The notes under the pieces are model-generated. The model ran no database searches, was not told the DNA's origin, and saw only the letters and a list, made by a program, of their open reading frames with translations. Positions 28,742 through 37,712 of a DNA stretch of 64,000 bases are shown piece by piece. This DNA is from Eubacteriales bacterium (GTDB taxonomy: Bacteria > Bacillota > Clostridia > Oscillospirales > CAG-272). Position 1 is the stretch's first letter, and each line of letters begins with the position of its first letter. The stretch lies in NCBI GenBank assembly GCA_045531795.1, contig JAZSET010000028.1:33-64032 (forward strand), in the 5' to 3' direction. The translations under genes and the position numbers were made by a program.

Positions 28742-30622
28742 ATGATAGCACGCCCCATACTGCGCAAATTTTGTAAAACTCAGCCCTGTGCAGATTTGTT
28801 TTCTGCGTTTGCCTACAGTGACCAACTGAAGATATGCGTTTTTATACCAAGAGAGTATGAAGCACAAAGCCTTAATATTGATTTGTATTACGATGATACA
28901 ATGACGCATACTGCAGAACCGGCAAAAAAGGTGTTGTCGGACGAAAAATTTGATATTTTTGAGTACAGTTTCGATTTTGGAAGAATGTGTCTGCCGTCAG
29001 ACGGAGGACTCTTTTATTATCATTTTTTCTTTGACAGTCACGGCAGAAAAATGTATGTCTCAAGAAACGGAGAGGATTTACTCCCGCAGGTAATAACAGA
29101 TGAAAGCGCAGTATCTTCGTATCAGCTGACGGTTTATTGTGATAACTTTAGGACTCCGGATGACTTTAAGGGCGGTATAATCTATCAGATATTTGTTGAC
29201 CGATTCTTTAAAGGAAAAAGGGAAGTGTCCGCACGAGAGGATGCAGTAATAAACGGTAACTGGTACTCGGATATTTCAGAATATCCCGAATATCCCGGGG
29301 CATTTGTTAAAAACAACACCTTTTACGGCGGAACACTGTGGGGAGTTGTTGAAAAGCTTCCGTATTTAAAGAGCCTCGGTGTTGATTTTATCTATCTGAA
29401 TCCGATTTTTGAAGCCTGTTCCAATCACAAGTACGATACGGGTGACTACAATAAGGTTGATGAGATGTTTGGCGGAGACGAGGCTCTTGACGAGCTTATC
29501 TCTGAAGCAAAAAAACAGGGAATAGGTATAATTCTTGACGGAGTTTTCAATCACACCGGTTCGGACAGCATTTACTTTAATAAAAACGGGCGTTATGATA
29601 CTGTCGGCGCATATAATTCTCCCGACAGTGAATATGCCGATTGGTATTTTTTTGAAAAATATCCCGACGAATACAAGTCCTGGTGGGGAATTGAAATTTT
29701 GCCGAAGCTCAACGGTAGAAATGAAAAACTGCGCGAATTTATTTGCTCGGAAAACGGCGTTATCCGCAAATATCTTAAAAAAGGTGTGTTCGGATGGAGA
29801 CTCGATGTTGCCGATGAGCTTGACGAGGATCTTTTGTGTGAAATCCGTAAAGCGGCAAAAAAAGAGGGAGACAGGATCGTAATCGGTGAAGTCTGGGAAG
29901 ACGCCTCAAACAAAGTGGCGTACGACAGACGCAGAAAATATTTTCGCGGAAACGAACTTGACTCGGTAATGAATTATCCCTTAAGGCAGGCCGTTATAGA
30001 TTATGTTATGAGTGGCGATGCTTTTGGTATTGCACGCACTGCAACTGAAATATATATGCATTATCCGAAGTGCGTAAGCGATACTCTGATGAACTTTCTC
30101 GGCACACACGACACACAGAGAATACTTTCCGTTCTAACAGGCGAGAACCTGAATGATAAGACAAATAAAGAACTTTCCACTTATAAAGCAGAGCATAAAA
30201 ACTATGCGGCGGCAGTACAAAGACTAAAGGTTGCATACCTCATAGTGGCAACAATGCCGGGTGTACCCTGTATCTATTACGGTGACGAGGCAGGTGTAGA
30301 TGGCGGCCGTGACCCATTTAACCGCAAGCCATATCCCTGGGGATTTGAAAATGATGAGCTTGTTGACTGGTATAAGAAACTCGGTAAAATCAGAAAAAGC
30401 GAAAACCTCTTTAAAGAGGGCTACTTCAGGGTAAAAGAGAGCAAAAACTCGGTTTTTGCCTACGAAAGATTTGATGAAAACGAAAAAATAATTGTAGTGG
30501 TGAACCTGGGTGACACGGATTATAAAACAGATATAGACAACGGAATATCTCTGCTTGATAAATGCGCAGAGATTCACACAGTGCCCCCAGACAGCGTACA
30601 AATAATAAAGGTGCAGTCTTAA
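28742..30622 (+). CDS. GH13 alpha-glucosidase-family enzyme (neopullulanase/cyclomaltodextrinase-like)
   Basis: The four GH13 conserved regions are DGVFNH, GWRLDVADE, GEVWE and FLGTHD, together with YQIFVDRF. Confidence 0.85.
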   Translation: MIARPILRKFCKTQPCADLFSAFAYSDQLKICVFIPREYEAQSLNIDLYYDDTMTHTAEPAKKVLSDEKFDIFEYSFDFGRMCLPSDGGLFYYHFFFDSHGRKMYVSRNGEDLLPQVITDESAVSSYQLTVYCDNFRTPDDFKGGIIYQIFVDRFFKGKREVSAREDAVINGNWYSDISEYPEYPGAFVKNNTFYGGTLWGVVEKLPYLKSLGVDFIYLNPIFEACSNHKYDTGDYNKVDEMFGGDEALDELISEAKKQGIGIILDGVFNHTGSDSIYFNKNGRYDTVGAYNSPDSEYADWYFFEKYPDEYKSWWGIEILPKLNGRNEKLREFICSENGVIRKYLKKGVFGWRLDVADELDEDLLCEIRKAAKKEGDRIVIGEVWEDASNKVAYDRRRKYFRGNELDSVMNYPLRQAVIDYVMSGDAFGIARTATEIYMHYPKCVSDTLMNFLGTHDTQRILSVLTGENLNDKTNKELSTYKAEHKNYAAAVQRLKVAYLIVATMPGVPCIYYGDEAGVDGGRDPFNRKPYPWGFENDELVDWYKKLGKIRKSENLFKEGYFRVKESKNSVFAYERFDENEKIIVVVNLGDTDYKTDIDNGISLLDKCAEIHTVPPDSVQIIKVQS

Positions 30623-30637
30623 AGGACTGCACCGCAG

Positions 30638-31480
30638 TTATATTTTGCTTTTGCGTATAGTTTCACTCGGAGAAAAACCAAGATATTTTTTGTAGACTGT
30701 ACTGAAGTAGTTCTGGTCGCAGAAATTAAGCTTTGCAGCACATTCTTTAACACTCATTCCCGATTTCAGAAATTCTTCTGCACGCCTTACTTTCATCATT
30801 GTAAAATAGTGCATAACTCCCATACCAAGGTATTTTGCAAACAATTTTTTCAGATTGCTGCGGCTTACATTACACTTTTCTGCTATTTCATCCATATTTA
30901 AGTCAAGATCAATATTGTTTGACAGGAAATATACCACATCTGCAAAAAGCAGGGCACCTTTTGAACGGTTTTCCTTTTTGACCGGTGCCGGCTTTTTATG
31001 GAAAGAAATCATTTTCAAAAAGAATGCTTCAAGCTCCTTGATGCAAATTTCGGCGTCCGGCATATGGTTTTCTTTTATTCCCCTGACAGCAATTGAGGGG
31101 TTGTCAAAACACTCTTTGATATTATTCTGGAGTCTGGTAATAGTGAAAAGTTCGCTTTCGGGCAGGAAAAAGATGTTTTGCTCTAAAGAAACAGGATTTT
31201 CTGTCTGGAATGATATGACTATTATGCCGGCTGTATCTTGTCCCTCTGTCCAGATAGAATGAAATTCCATAGGTGCGTGCAGTATGCAGTCGCCTTTTTC
31301 GAGGGAAATAATTTCAGTTTCCGAGCAGACTCCGATTTTTCCGCTTGTTACAAAAACGGCCTCCCAGAAATTGTGAATTTCTCCTCCGAAACGGTAGTTT
31401 GCTGCCCTCGTTGCAGCGAAAGAGGTGTACAGCGATTTTATCGACAGAGTATTTGGCACAATACATTCAGTAAAATTCAT
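30638..31480 (-). CDS. AraC-family transcriptional regulator
   Basis: N-terminal cupin-like region and a C-terminal HTH (MDEIAEKCNVSRSNLKKLFAKYLGMGVMHYF...YFSTVYKKYLGFSPSE). It is divergent from the oxidoreductase-nahK pair. Confidence 0.8.
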   Translation of the reverse strand: MNFTECIVPNTLSIKSLYTSFAATRAANYRFGGEIHNFWEAVFVTSGKIGVCSETEIISLEKGDCILHAPMEFHSIWTEGQDTAGIIVISFQTENPVSLEQNIFFLPESELFTITRLQNNIKECFDNPSIAVRGIKENHMPDAEICIKELEAFFLKMISFHKKPAPVKKENRSKGALLFADVVYFLSNNIDLDLNMDEIAEKCNVSRSNLKKLFAKYLGMGVMHYFTMMKVRRAEEFLKSGMSVKECAAKLNFCDQNYFSTVYKKYLGFSPSETIRKSKI

Positions 31481-31667
31481 AATTACCTCAATTTGTTGAT
31501 GAATTGTCAGAATTGCCTCAAAAAAGTGTCCAAACTCAAAGAAACGTGGCTGATTTTAAAGAAAAAGTAGCCGATTTTCTATTGATATTTGTGTTTGGAT
31601 ATGTTAATATGATAACATATGATGATAATTATGTCAATATGGTTCTACTAATCTCAGGAGGATTATT

Positions 31668-32888
31668 ATGAAAAAGAAGCTTAAAGTTGGAGTAATCGGA
31701 ATCGGACCACGTGGAATCGGTGTTGTATATGACTGTCTCTTGCCTCGTAAAGATGTTGAGCTTACCTGTATTTGCGATGTTTACGAAGACAAAATGCAGA
31801 AGCTTATTGATAAAATTAAAGAGAACGGCACTTACAAGATTCCTAAAACCTATACAGACTATCACGATGTTATTGCATCAAAGGATGTAGAGGCTGTAAT
31901 TATTATAACCTCATGGGAGCCGCATATAAAGATTGCCTGCGAATGTATGGAAGCAGGTAAGCCTGTCGGTGTTGAGGTTGGCGGAGCATACAGCATTGAC
32001 GATTGCTGGAAGCTTGTCCGCACACAGGAAAGAACAGGTGTTAAGTGTATGCTTCTTGAAAACTGCTGCTATGGCAGATATGAGCTTTTTGCACTTAATA
32101 TGGTTAAGCAGGGCTTGTTAGGTGAAATTGTTCACTGCTCGGGCGGTTACCACCACGATCTGCGTCCTGAGGTTGCTCACGGCCGTGAAAATCGTCACTA
32201 CAGACTCAGAAACTATCTTAACAGGAACTGTGAAAACTATCCTACCCATGAGCTTGGTCCTATAGCAAAGGTGCTTGGAATCAATCAGGGTAACAGAATG
32301 CTTACTCTGACATCTACAGCATCAAAGGCTGCAGGAATGCACGAATTTATCAAAAATGATGAAAAATCAGGCAAGGATCTTCTTGATATGGATTTCGCCC
32401 AGGGAGATATTGTAACAACAGTAATCAAATGTGCTCACGGCGAAACAATTGTTCTCACCCTTGACACCACACTTCCTCGTTATTATACTCGTGCTTTTAC
32501 TGTTCGAGGAACAAAGGGTATGTACGAAGGAGTAACAAACTCCGTTTTTATGGATGGAGACGAGCATTTTGGTTGGAGCAAAAACTGGAACAACGCAAAG
32601 GAATATGTTGAAAAGTACGAGCATCCAATCTGGAAAAAATACAATGAAGAAGGCATCACAGGTGCACATGACGGCATTGACTGGCTTGTTTACGGTGCGT
32701 TTGTAGACTGTATTCTTAATGACTATGATCCGCCAATCGACGTATATGATATGGCGGCATGGATGTCGATAACAGCACTTTCAGAAGAATCAATAGCAGG
32801 CGGAAGTAAGCCTGTGGCTATCCCCGATTTTACAAACGGACTCTGGCTTGAGAGAAAGACAAACATAAGCCCTGAGTACGCATTCTAA
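31668..32888 (+). CDS. Gfo/Idh/MocA-family NAD-binding oxidoreductase (possibly a GH109-like NAD-dependent glycosidase)
   Basis: N-terminal Rossmann motif (LKVGVIGIGPRG), 406 aa, no signal peptide. The family-level call is solid; the glycosidase suggestion is inference only. Confidence 0.7.
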   Translation: MKKKLKVGVIGIGPRGIGVVYDCLLPRKDVELTCICDVYEDKMQKLIDKIKENGTYKIPKTYTDYHDVIASKDVEAVIIITSWEPHIKIACECMEAGKPVGVEVGGAYSIDDCWKLVRTQERTGVKCMLLENCCYGRYELFALNMVKQGLLGEIVHCSGGYHHDLRPEVAHGRENRHYRLRNYLNRNCENYPTHELGPIAKVLGINQGNRMLTLTSTASKAAGMHEFIKNDEKSGKDLLDMDFAQGDIVTTVIKCAHGETIVLTLDTTLPRYYTRAFTVRGTKGMYEGVTNSVFMDGDEHFGWSKNWNNAKEYVEKYEHPIWKKYNEEGITGAHDGIDWLVYGAFVDCILNDYDPPIDVYDMAAWMSITALSEESIAGGSKPVAIPDFTNGLWLERKTNISPEYAF

Positions 32889-32929
32889 AAAAACAAGCCC
32901 GGTAGCGGCAGAAGAAAGGAAATGAAAAA

Positions 32930-34009
32930 ATGGCTTATCAGATTAAGGACATCATAAGACATTTTCGCGTAGAATTTGAAGCTGATCCCTATGGCAACGG
33001 ACACATTAACGATACATATATTGCAGGCTGTAACCCAAGATACATTCTTCAGCGTATCAATAGCAATGTGTTCAAAAATCCCCCCCAGGTAATGTCGAAT
33101 ATTGCAAAGGTTTGCGATTATCTGAGAGAAAAAATAATTGCAGACGGCGGAGATCCCGACCGTGAAACACTTACACTTATAAGAACAGAAGACGGCAAAG
33201 ATTATTACAAGGCAAGTGAAAATGATTATTTCAGAGTGTATAAGTTTATCGAGGATTCGATTTCACTTGATGCTCCGGAAAATCCTACACAGTTTTATAA
33301 TGCTGCAAGGGCTTTTGGTAAATTCCAGAGATATCTTTCTGATTTTCCTGCAGAAGAACTTTATGAAACTATAAAGGATTTCCATAATACACCCAAGCGC
33401 TTTGAAGCTCTTGAGGAGGCAATTGCAAAGGATAGTTGCGGCAGACTTAAGGAAGTAATGCCCGAGGTTGAATTTGCCCGTGCTCACAAAGACATTTGTT
33501 CGCTTATCGTTGACGGTATTGCAGATGGAAGTATTCCACTTCGCGTAACACACAATGATACAAAGCTTAACAATGTAATGCTTGATGCCACAACTCAGGA
33601 AGGTCTTTGTGTAATTGACCTTGATACAGTAATGCCCGGTTCACTCCTTTATGACTTCGGTGATGCACTCAGAGCAGGTACAAACACAGGGGCAGAGGAT
33701 GAGACAAATCTTGATCTTGTTACCTCTAGCCTTGAAATGTTTGAAGCATTTGCAAAGGGCTTCGGAGAAGAACTTGCAGATACCTTTACAGAGCGTGAAG
33801 TTGAGCTTCTTGCGATGTCGGGAATCATTCTTACCTTTGAATGTGGAATTCGATTCCTTGCCGACTATTTAAATGGAGACACATATTTTAAGATTCACCG
33901 TGAAAAGCACAATCTTGACAGAGCAAGAAATCAGTTCAAGCTCGTTTCTGATATGGAAAGCAAGCTTGATGAAATGAATGCAATTGTTAAGCGTGTACTT
34001 GGCAAGTAA
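32930..34009 (+). CDS. nahK: N-acetylhexosamine 1-kinase
   Basis: 359 aa. Long stretches match my recollection of Bifidobacterium NahK (GSIPLRVTHNDTKLNNVMLDATT, IDLDTVMPGSLLYDFGD, ECGIRFLADYLNGDTYF). Confidence 0.85.
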   Translation: MAYQIKDIIRHFRVEFEADPYGNGHINDTYIAGCNPRYILQRINSNVFKNPPQVMSNIAKVCDYLREKIIADGGDPDRETLTLIRTEDGKDYYKASENDYFRVYKFIEDSISLDAPENPTQFYNAARAFGKFQRYLSDFPAEELYETIKDFHNTPKRFEALEEAIAKDSCGRLKEVMPEVEFARAHKDICSLIVDGIADGSIPLRVTHNDTKLNNVMLDATTQEGLCVIDLDTVMPGSLLYDFGDALRAGTNTGAEDETNLDLVTSSLEMFEAFAKGFGEELADTFTEREVELLAMSGIILTFECGIRFLADYLNGDTYFKIHREKHNLDRARNQFKLVSDMESKLDEMNAIVKRVLGK

Positions 34010-34115
34010 TATCAGAATACCTGGAGAACCAAATAGTTCTCCGGGTATATTTTTGCATAAAAGCATTGACTTGATAGTAAAATGATGGTATAATATCGTT
34101 ATGTGAATTACATAT

Positions 34116-34190
34116 GCCCCCGTAGTAAAGTGGATATTACAAGTCCCTCCTAAGGATTAGTCGTGAGTTCGATTCTCGCCGGGGGTGCCA
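34116..34190 (+). tRNA. tRNA-Arg (anticodon CCU)
   Basis: The cloverleaf was folded by hand: acceptor GCCCCCG/CGGGGGT, anticodon stem AGTCC/GGATT, loop CTCCTAA, T-arm GTGAG-TTCGATT-CTCGC, with an encoded CCA. Confidence 0.9.
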
Positions 34191-34192
34191 AA

Positions 34193-34222
34193 AATGCCAA
34201 CATTTGTTGGCATTTTTGTTTT
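34193..34222 (+). terminator. Terminator after tRNA-Arg
   Basis: AATGCCAAC-ATTT-GTTGGCATT followed by a T-run. Confidence 0.65.
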
Positions 34223-34284
34223 CAGAGAAAGAATATAAGAAAAGGACCTGCCGTTCTGGCAGGCCCTTAATTAGTATATACTAA

Positions 34285-35559
34285 TTATTTCTTTTTCTTT
34301 GCAACAACTACAATTATAATTACTACAATTGCAGCTGCAACAATAGCCCAAACCCAAACAGGAATGCCTGCAGCGGGTTCTTCGTCAACAATAGGATCAA
34401 CAGCTTCTGTGTCTTCAACAGCTTCTGTGTCTTCAACAGCTTCTGTGTCTTCAGTAGCCTCTGTGTCTTCAGTAGCTTCAGTATCTTCAGTAGCTTCTAC
34501 ATCTTCAGCAGCTTCTGTGTCTTCAGTAGCTTCTACATCTTCAGCAGCTTCTGTGTCTTCAGTAGCCTCTGTGTCTTCAGTAGCTTCTGTATCTTCAACA
34601 GCTTCTGTGTCTTCAACAGCTTCTGTGTCTTCAACGGCTTCTGTAGCCTTTGCAGCTTCTTCAGCAGCCTTCTTTTCAGCCTCAGCCTTAGCAGCGGCTT
34701 CAGCAGCAGCCTTTTCAGCCTCAGCCTTAGCAGCGGCTTCAGCAGCAGCCTTTTCAGCTTCAGCCTTAGCGGCAGCTTCAGCGGCAGCCTTTTCAGCAGC
34801 TAACTTTGCAGCCTCGTCAGCGTTTGTAGCGTCTGCAGAGGGAGCTGTAGAAGAAGAGCAATCCCATGCCTTTGCAGCTTCTTCTGATTCAAAGAAACCA
34901 AAGCCTGCGATGTAGCATACTGCCTCGGGATCTTCGTTATCTTCAAACATCTGGAGTCTGAACTGACGGATTGTGTTTTCTCCCCACATTGTACCATCTT
35001 CAAAGATGATGTCGCTGAGGTCAACAACAACTTCCTGCCATGTTCCGTCACCATTTACAATGTCAAATGTTTTGATACCGCTCTTGAGGTTGGAAACGCC
35101 GAGAGGTTCAACGTCCTTGGAAGCCCAGAACTTAACATAGCTCATAATATAAGCTGCATCATTGTAAGCATACTTAATCTTGAGCCAGTTATACTTGGAG
35201 CCGTCAAGTGAAGGATTGTAGTATTCGCTGTCCCACTGATAGTAGTTATAGTCCATCATAGGAGCAAGAATCTGCTGTGTTTCTTCAATAGATACTGCAA
35301 CGCAGGGAACGCCTTCATATGTAGTTTCTGTGAAGTAAACACCGGTCCAGGTTTCATAAACACCGGAAGGTGTCTTTACTGTAGGCTGAACGAATGCGTT
35401 ATGGAACTTTGTTCCTGCATCGCCGGGATACATAATGTCCTTAGCTGTCCACTGTGTTCTACCGCCGGGAGCGGGAGCATCTAATGCGTTTGTAAGAACT
35501 GTTGCTGTTGAAATCATCATAATAACAGCAAGTACAATTGCTAAAATTCTGTTTTTCAT
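34285..35559 (-). CDS. Secreted, C-terminally membrane-anchored protein with Ala/Lys/Glu and acidic hexapeptide repeats
   Basis: Signal peptide MKNRILAIVLAVIMMISTATVLTNA after AAAGGAG, then a globular domain of about 230 aa, the repeat stalk, a TM helix and a KKKK tail. Function is unknown. Confidence 0.7.
   Translation of the reverse strand: MKNRILAIVLAVIMMISTATVLTNALDAPAPGGRTQWTAKDIMYPGDAGTKFHNAFVQPTVKTPSGVYETWTGVYFTETTYEGVPCVAVSIEETQQILAPMMDYNYYQWDSEYYNPSLDGSKYNWLKIKYAYNDAAYIMSYVKFWASKDVEPLGVSNLKSGIKTFDIVNGDGTWQEVVVDLSDIIFEDGTMWGENTIRQFRLQMFEDNEDPEAVCYIAGFGFFESEEAAKAWDCSSSTAPSADATNADEAAKLAAEKAAAEAAAKAEAEKAAAEAAAKAEAEKAAAEAAAKAEAEKKAAEEAAKATEAVEDTEAVEDTEAVEDTEATEDTEATEDTEAAEDVEATEDTEAAEDVEATEDTEATEDTEATEDTEAVEDTEAVEDTEAVDPIVDEEPAAGIPVWVWAIVAAAIVVIIIVVVAKKKK
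34396..34818. repeat. In-frame tandem repeats: about 14 x 18 bp (TEA[VTA]ED) and about 3-4 x 42 bp (AEAAAKAEAEKAAA)
   Basis: The periodicity is directly visible in both the DNA and the translated ORF. Confidence 0.9.
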
Positions 35560-35801
35560 TTTTGAAAAACTCCTTTCAAAATATTTGTTGCGGTACACGG
35601 TGTACCGACACACCTTATTATACCATATACCATATACCTATTGTCAATAGGTTTTCAAAATTTGAAATATTTTTTAGCTATATTTACAAAAAAGACAAGT
35701 ATTTATGTGCATATCGACGATTTTTCTTTTCTTTCCGGATTAGTACAGTATAAAAATAAAGAGAAGGGCTGTTTTCCCTCCTCTTTAAGTTTGAATTCTG
35801 A

Positions 35802-36017
35802 TCAGTTTTTTGATTCAATTTCGTCTTTTTCTCTGAAAAGGAGAGAAATGCACCAGATTCCGCAGAGTCCCACGAGGGTATAAATAATTCTGCTGATAGT
35901 AGATGCCTGTCCTCCGCAAAGCCAGGCGACAAGGTCAAATTTGAATATTCCGATGCTTCCCCAGTTGAGTGCACCGACAATGGTTAAAATCAGAGCAAGT
36001 CTGTCAAAAATAAGCAT
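35802..36017 (-). CDS. DUF378-family small membrane protein
   Basis: LILTIVGALNWGSIGIFKFDLVAWL matches the DUF378 signature. The start is at MLIFD, after AGGAAA. Confidence 0.8.
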   Translation of the reverse strand: MLIFDRLALILTIVGALNWGSIGIFKFDLVAWLCGGQASTISRIIYTLVGLCGIWCISLLFREKDEIESKN

Positions 36018-36179
36018 AGTGTTTCCTTTCATTGAGAGGATGCCTAAAGGCTCTCAAATTATTTGTTTTCCACGATAAGTCATGGGTTATTACTATTATC
36101 TCTTCATTTTTTAATTTTATTCATTTATAAAAAACATAGGACAGCCATTAAAGCTGTCCTATGTATATGGGTAACAAAA

Positions 36180-37712
36180 TTATTTTTTCTTTTCGGCTTG
36201 GAAATTCTTTTTAACTGTTTTCCATGCGTGCATAGCAAGTGCAGCGGCGATAACACCGTAAGAAATAAACATTCTTATATATTCGCTTATTGCCGAGTCA
36301 CCAACCAGCTTTGTTGCGGCAAGAGGAGCTACAACAAAGAGTGTATGGAAGAGTATAACACCTAAAATAGCGTGCTTGTTGCTTGATTTCTGAACGCTTG
36401 CGCCACCAACAAGCAGAGCAGCAACTGAGTAAAGACCAACGTTTGTCTGCTGCTGAATGGTATTGAATGTACCAAGGTTCTGGAGGAATATAAGCTGACC
36501 CCAGGCTGCAAGCACGGTTGAGATGCAGGTTGCAATTATTCTTGTGCGGTTTACATTTATTCCCGCAGAGGTTGCAACTGCTCGGTTCTGACCAACTGTT
36601 CTCATATCCTGACCAAGCTTTGTAGATAAGAGCCAGTTATTGATAGAGCAGAATACAAAGATTATTGCATAGGTACAAGCGGGAAGTCTTACGCTTGAGG
36701 CAATTTTTTCCACAGCGGGAATTTGCGCGAGACCTACAATAAGAGCTGTAGCAATTATTCCTGCAAGAGGGCGAACAAAGCTTTGCTTCTTAATAACAGC
36801 CAGAATGAGTTTTACGGCAAACACTATAATAGCAACAACACCAATGAGAACAATGGCATTTGAAAGAAGTACTCTTGTCTGACCGAACAGACTGTCAAGC
36901 TTATAAGCAACGGGAGCAAGTGCGTTCACAAATGCAGGTACGCCTGTGCCGTTTGCTATAGCAGTTTCAAGTGTTGTTACAACATACTGTACAAGGAATG
37001 ATACTGCAAAGAGAATTGCCGAGATTATCATTGTAACAATGCTCTTTGTCTTGTTCAAATCCTGCTTCTTTATAGTCTTGTATATCATAAGTGCAAGTTG
37101 CCATACAAAGAAGATTACAGCGGCAAACATCACCGTCTGAAGAAGACTTATGTCATCAAGTGAATACTTGAGTGAGTTTGAAAGGTCAAATGCGTTTCTC
37201 AGACCAAATCCGCGGGGGAGAAGATTGGGATCATCAAAGGGAATGAGCCCGCCGATGATATAAAGCACAAAAAGCTTGTAAAGACCGTCTGCAAAGTAAC
37301 CGATTACAAGACCGGTAATCATTTCGGAGCCCTTGGTTTTATTATATAAAAGACCGACGAGAATACCGAAGATAATTGCGAGAGGGGTTGCTATAAGTGC
37401 TGTTAAAAGGAGAGCTTCAATTCCGGTAAAGCCCCAGTGAACAACCCAGAATATTGCAATCTGGGATGCCATGGCACCAACAACGATACCGAAGTTAAGA
37501 CCGAGTCCTGCAAGAACAGGGATAATAAGAGAAAGAACGAGACAGGCGTTTCTGCCGAGTCTTGTAAACAGTTCGCCCGAAACATATGATACATCAACGC
37601 CCGAGTAACCGATACAGAAGATACACAGCACTGCAAAGAGAACAAGTACCTTGTTTTCAAAAAGCCAGCTGCCAAAGCTTGAAAGAAACTTCTTATTCTT
37701 CACTCGAAACAC
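36180..37712 (-). CDS. ABC transporter permease (CUT2/BPD_transp_2-type)
   Basis: 510-aa polytopic protein that overlaps the upstream permease gene by 20 nt. Confidence 0.85.
   Translation of the reverse strand: MFRVKNKKFLSSFGSWLFENKVLVLFAVLCIFCIGYSGVDVSYVSGELFTRLGRNACLVLSLIIPVLAGLGLNFGIVVGAMASQIAIFWVVHWGFTGIEALLLTALIATPLAIIFGILVGLLYNKTKGSEMITGLVIGYFADGLYKLFVLYIIGGLIPFDDPNLLPRGFGLRNAFDLSNSLKYSLDDISLLQTVMFAAVIFFVWQLALMIYKTIKKQDLNKTKSIVTMIISAILFAVSFLVQYVVTTLETAIANGTGVPAFVNALAPVAYKLDSLFGQTRVLLSNAIVLIGVVAIIVFAVKLILAVIKKQSFVRPLAGIIATALIVGLAQIPAVEKIASSVRLPACTYAIIFVFCSINNWLLSTKLGQDMRTVGQNRAVATSAGINVNRTRIIATCISTVLAAWGQLIFLQNLGTFNTIQQQTNVGLYSVAALLVGGASVQKSSNKHAILGVILFHTLFVVAPLAATKLVGDSAISEYIRMFISYGVIAAALAMHAWKTVKKNFQAEKKK

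Noticed and set aside
34396-34818. Regular short repeats that could be mistaken for a CRISPR array
   Set aside because: The units are 18 bp and 42 bp, directly adjacent with no unique spacers, and in frame within a coding sequence. No cas genes are present.
34364-34915. 183-aa plus-strand ORF rich in Ser/Ala/Val (SSTASVSS...)
   Set aside because: It is the antisense mirror of the tandem repeats in the minus-strand surface-protein gene. It has no RBS or independent signal, whereas the minus-strand frame has a signal peptide, RBS and TM anchor.
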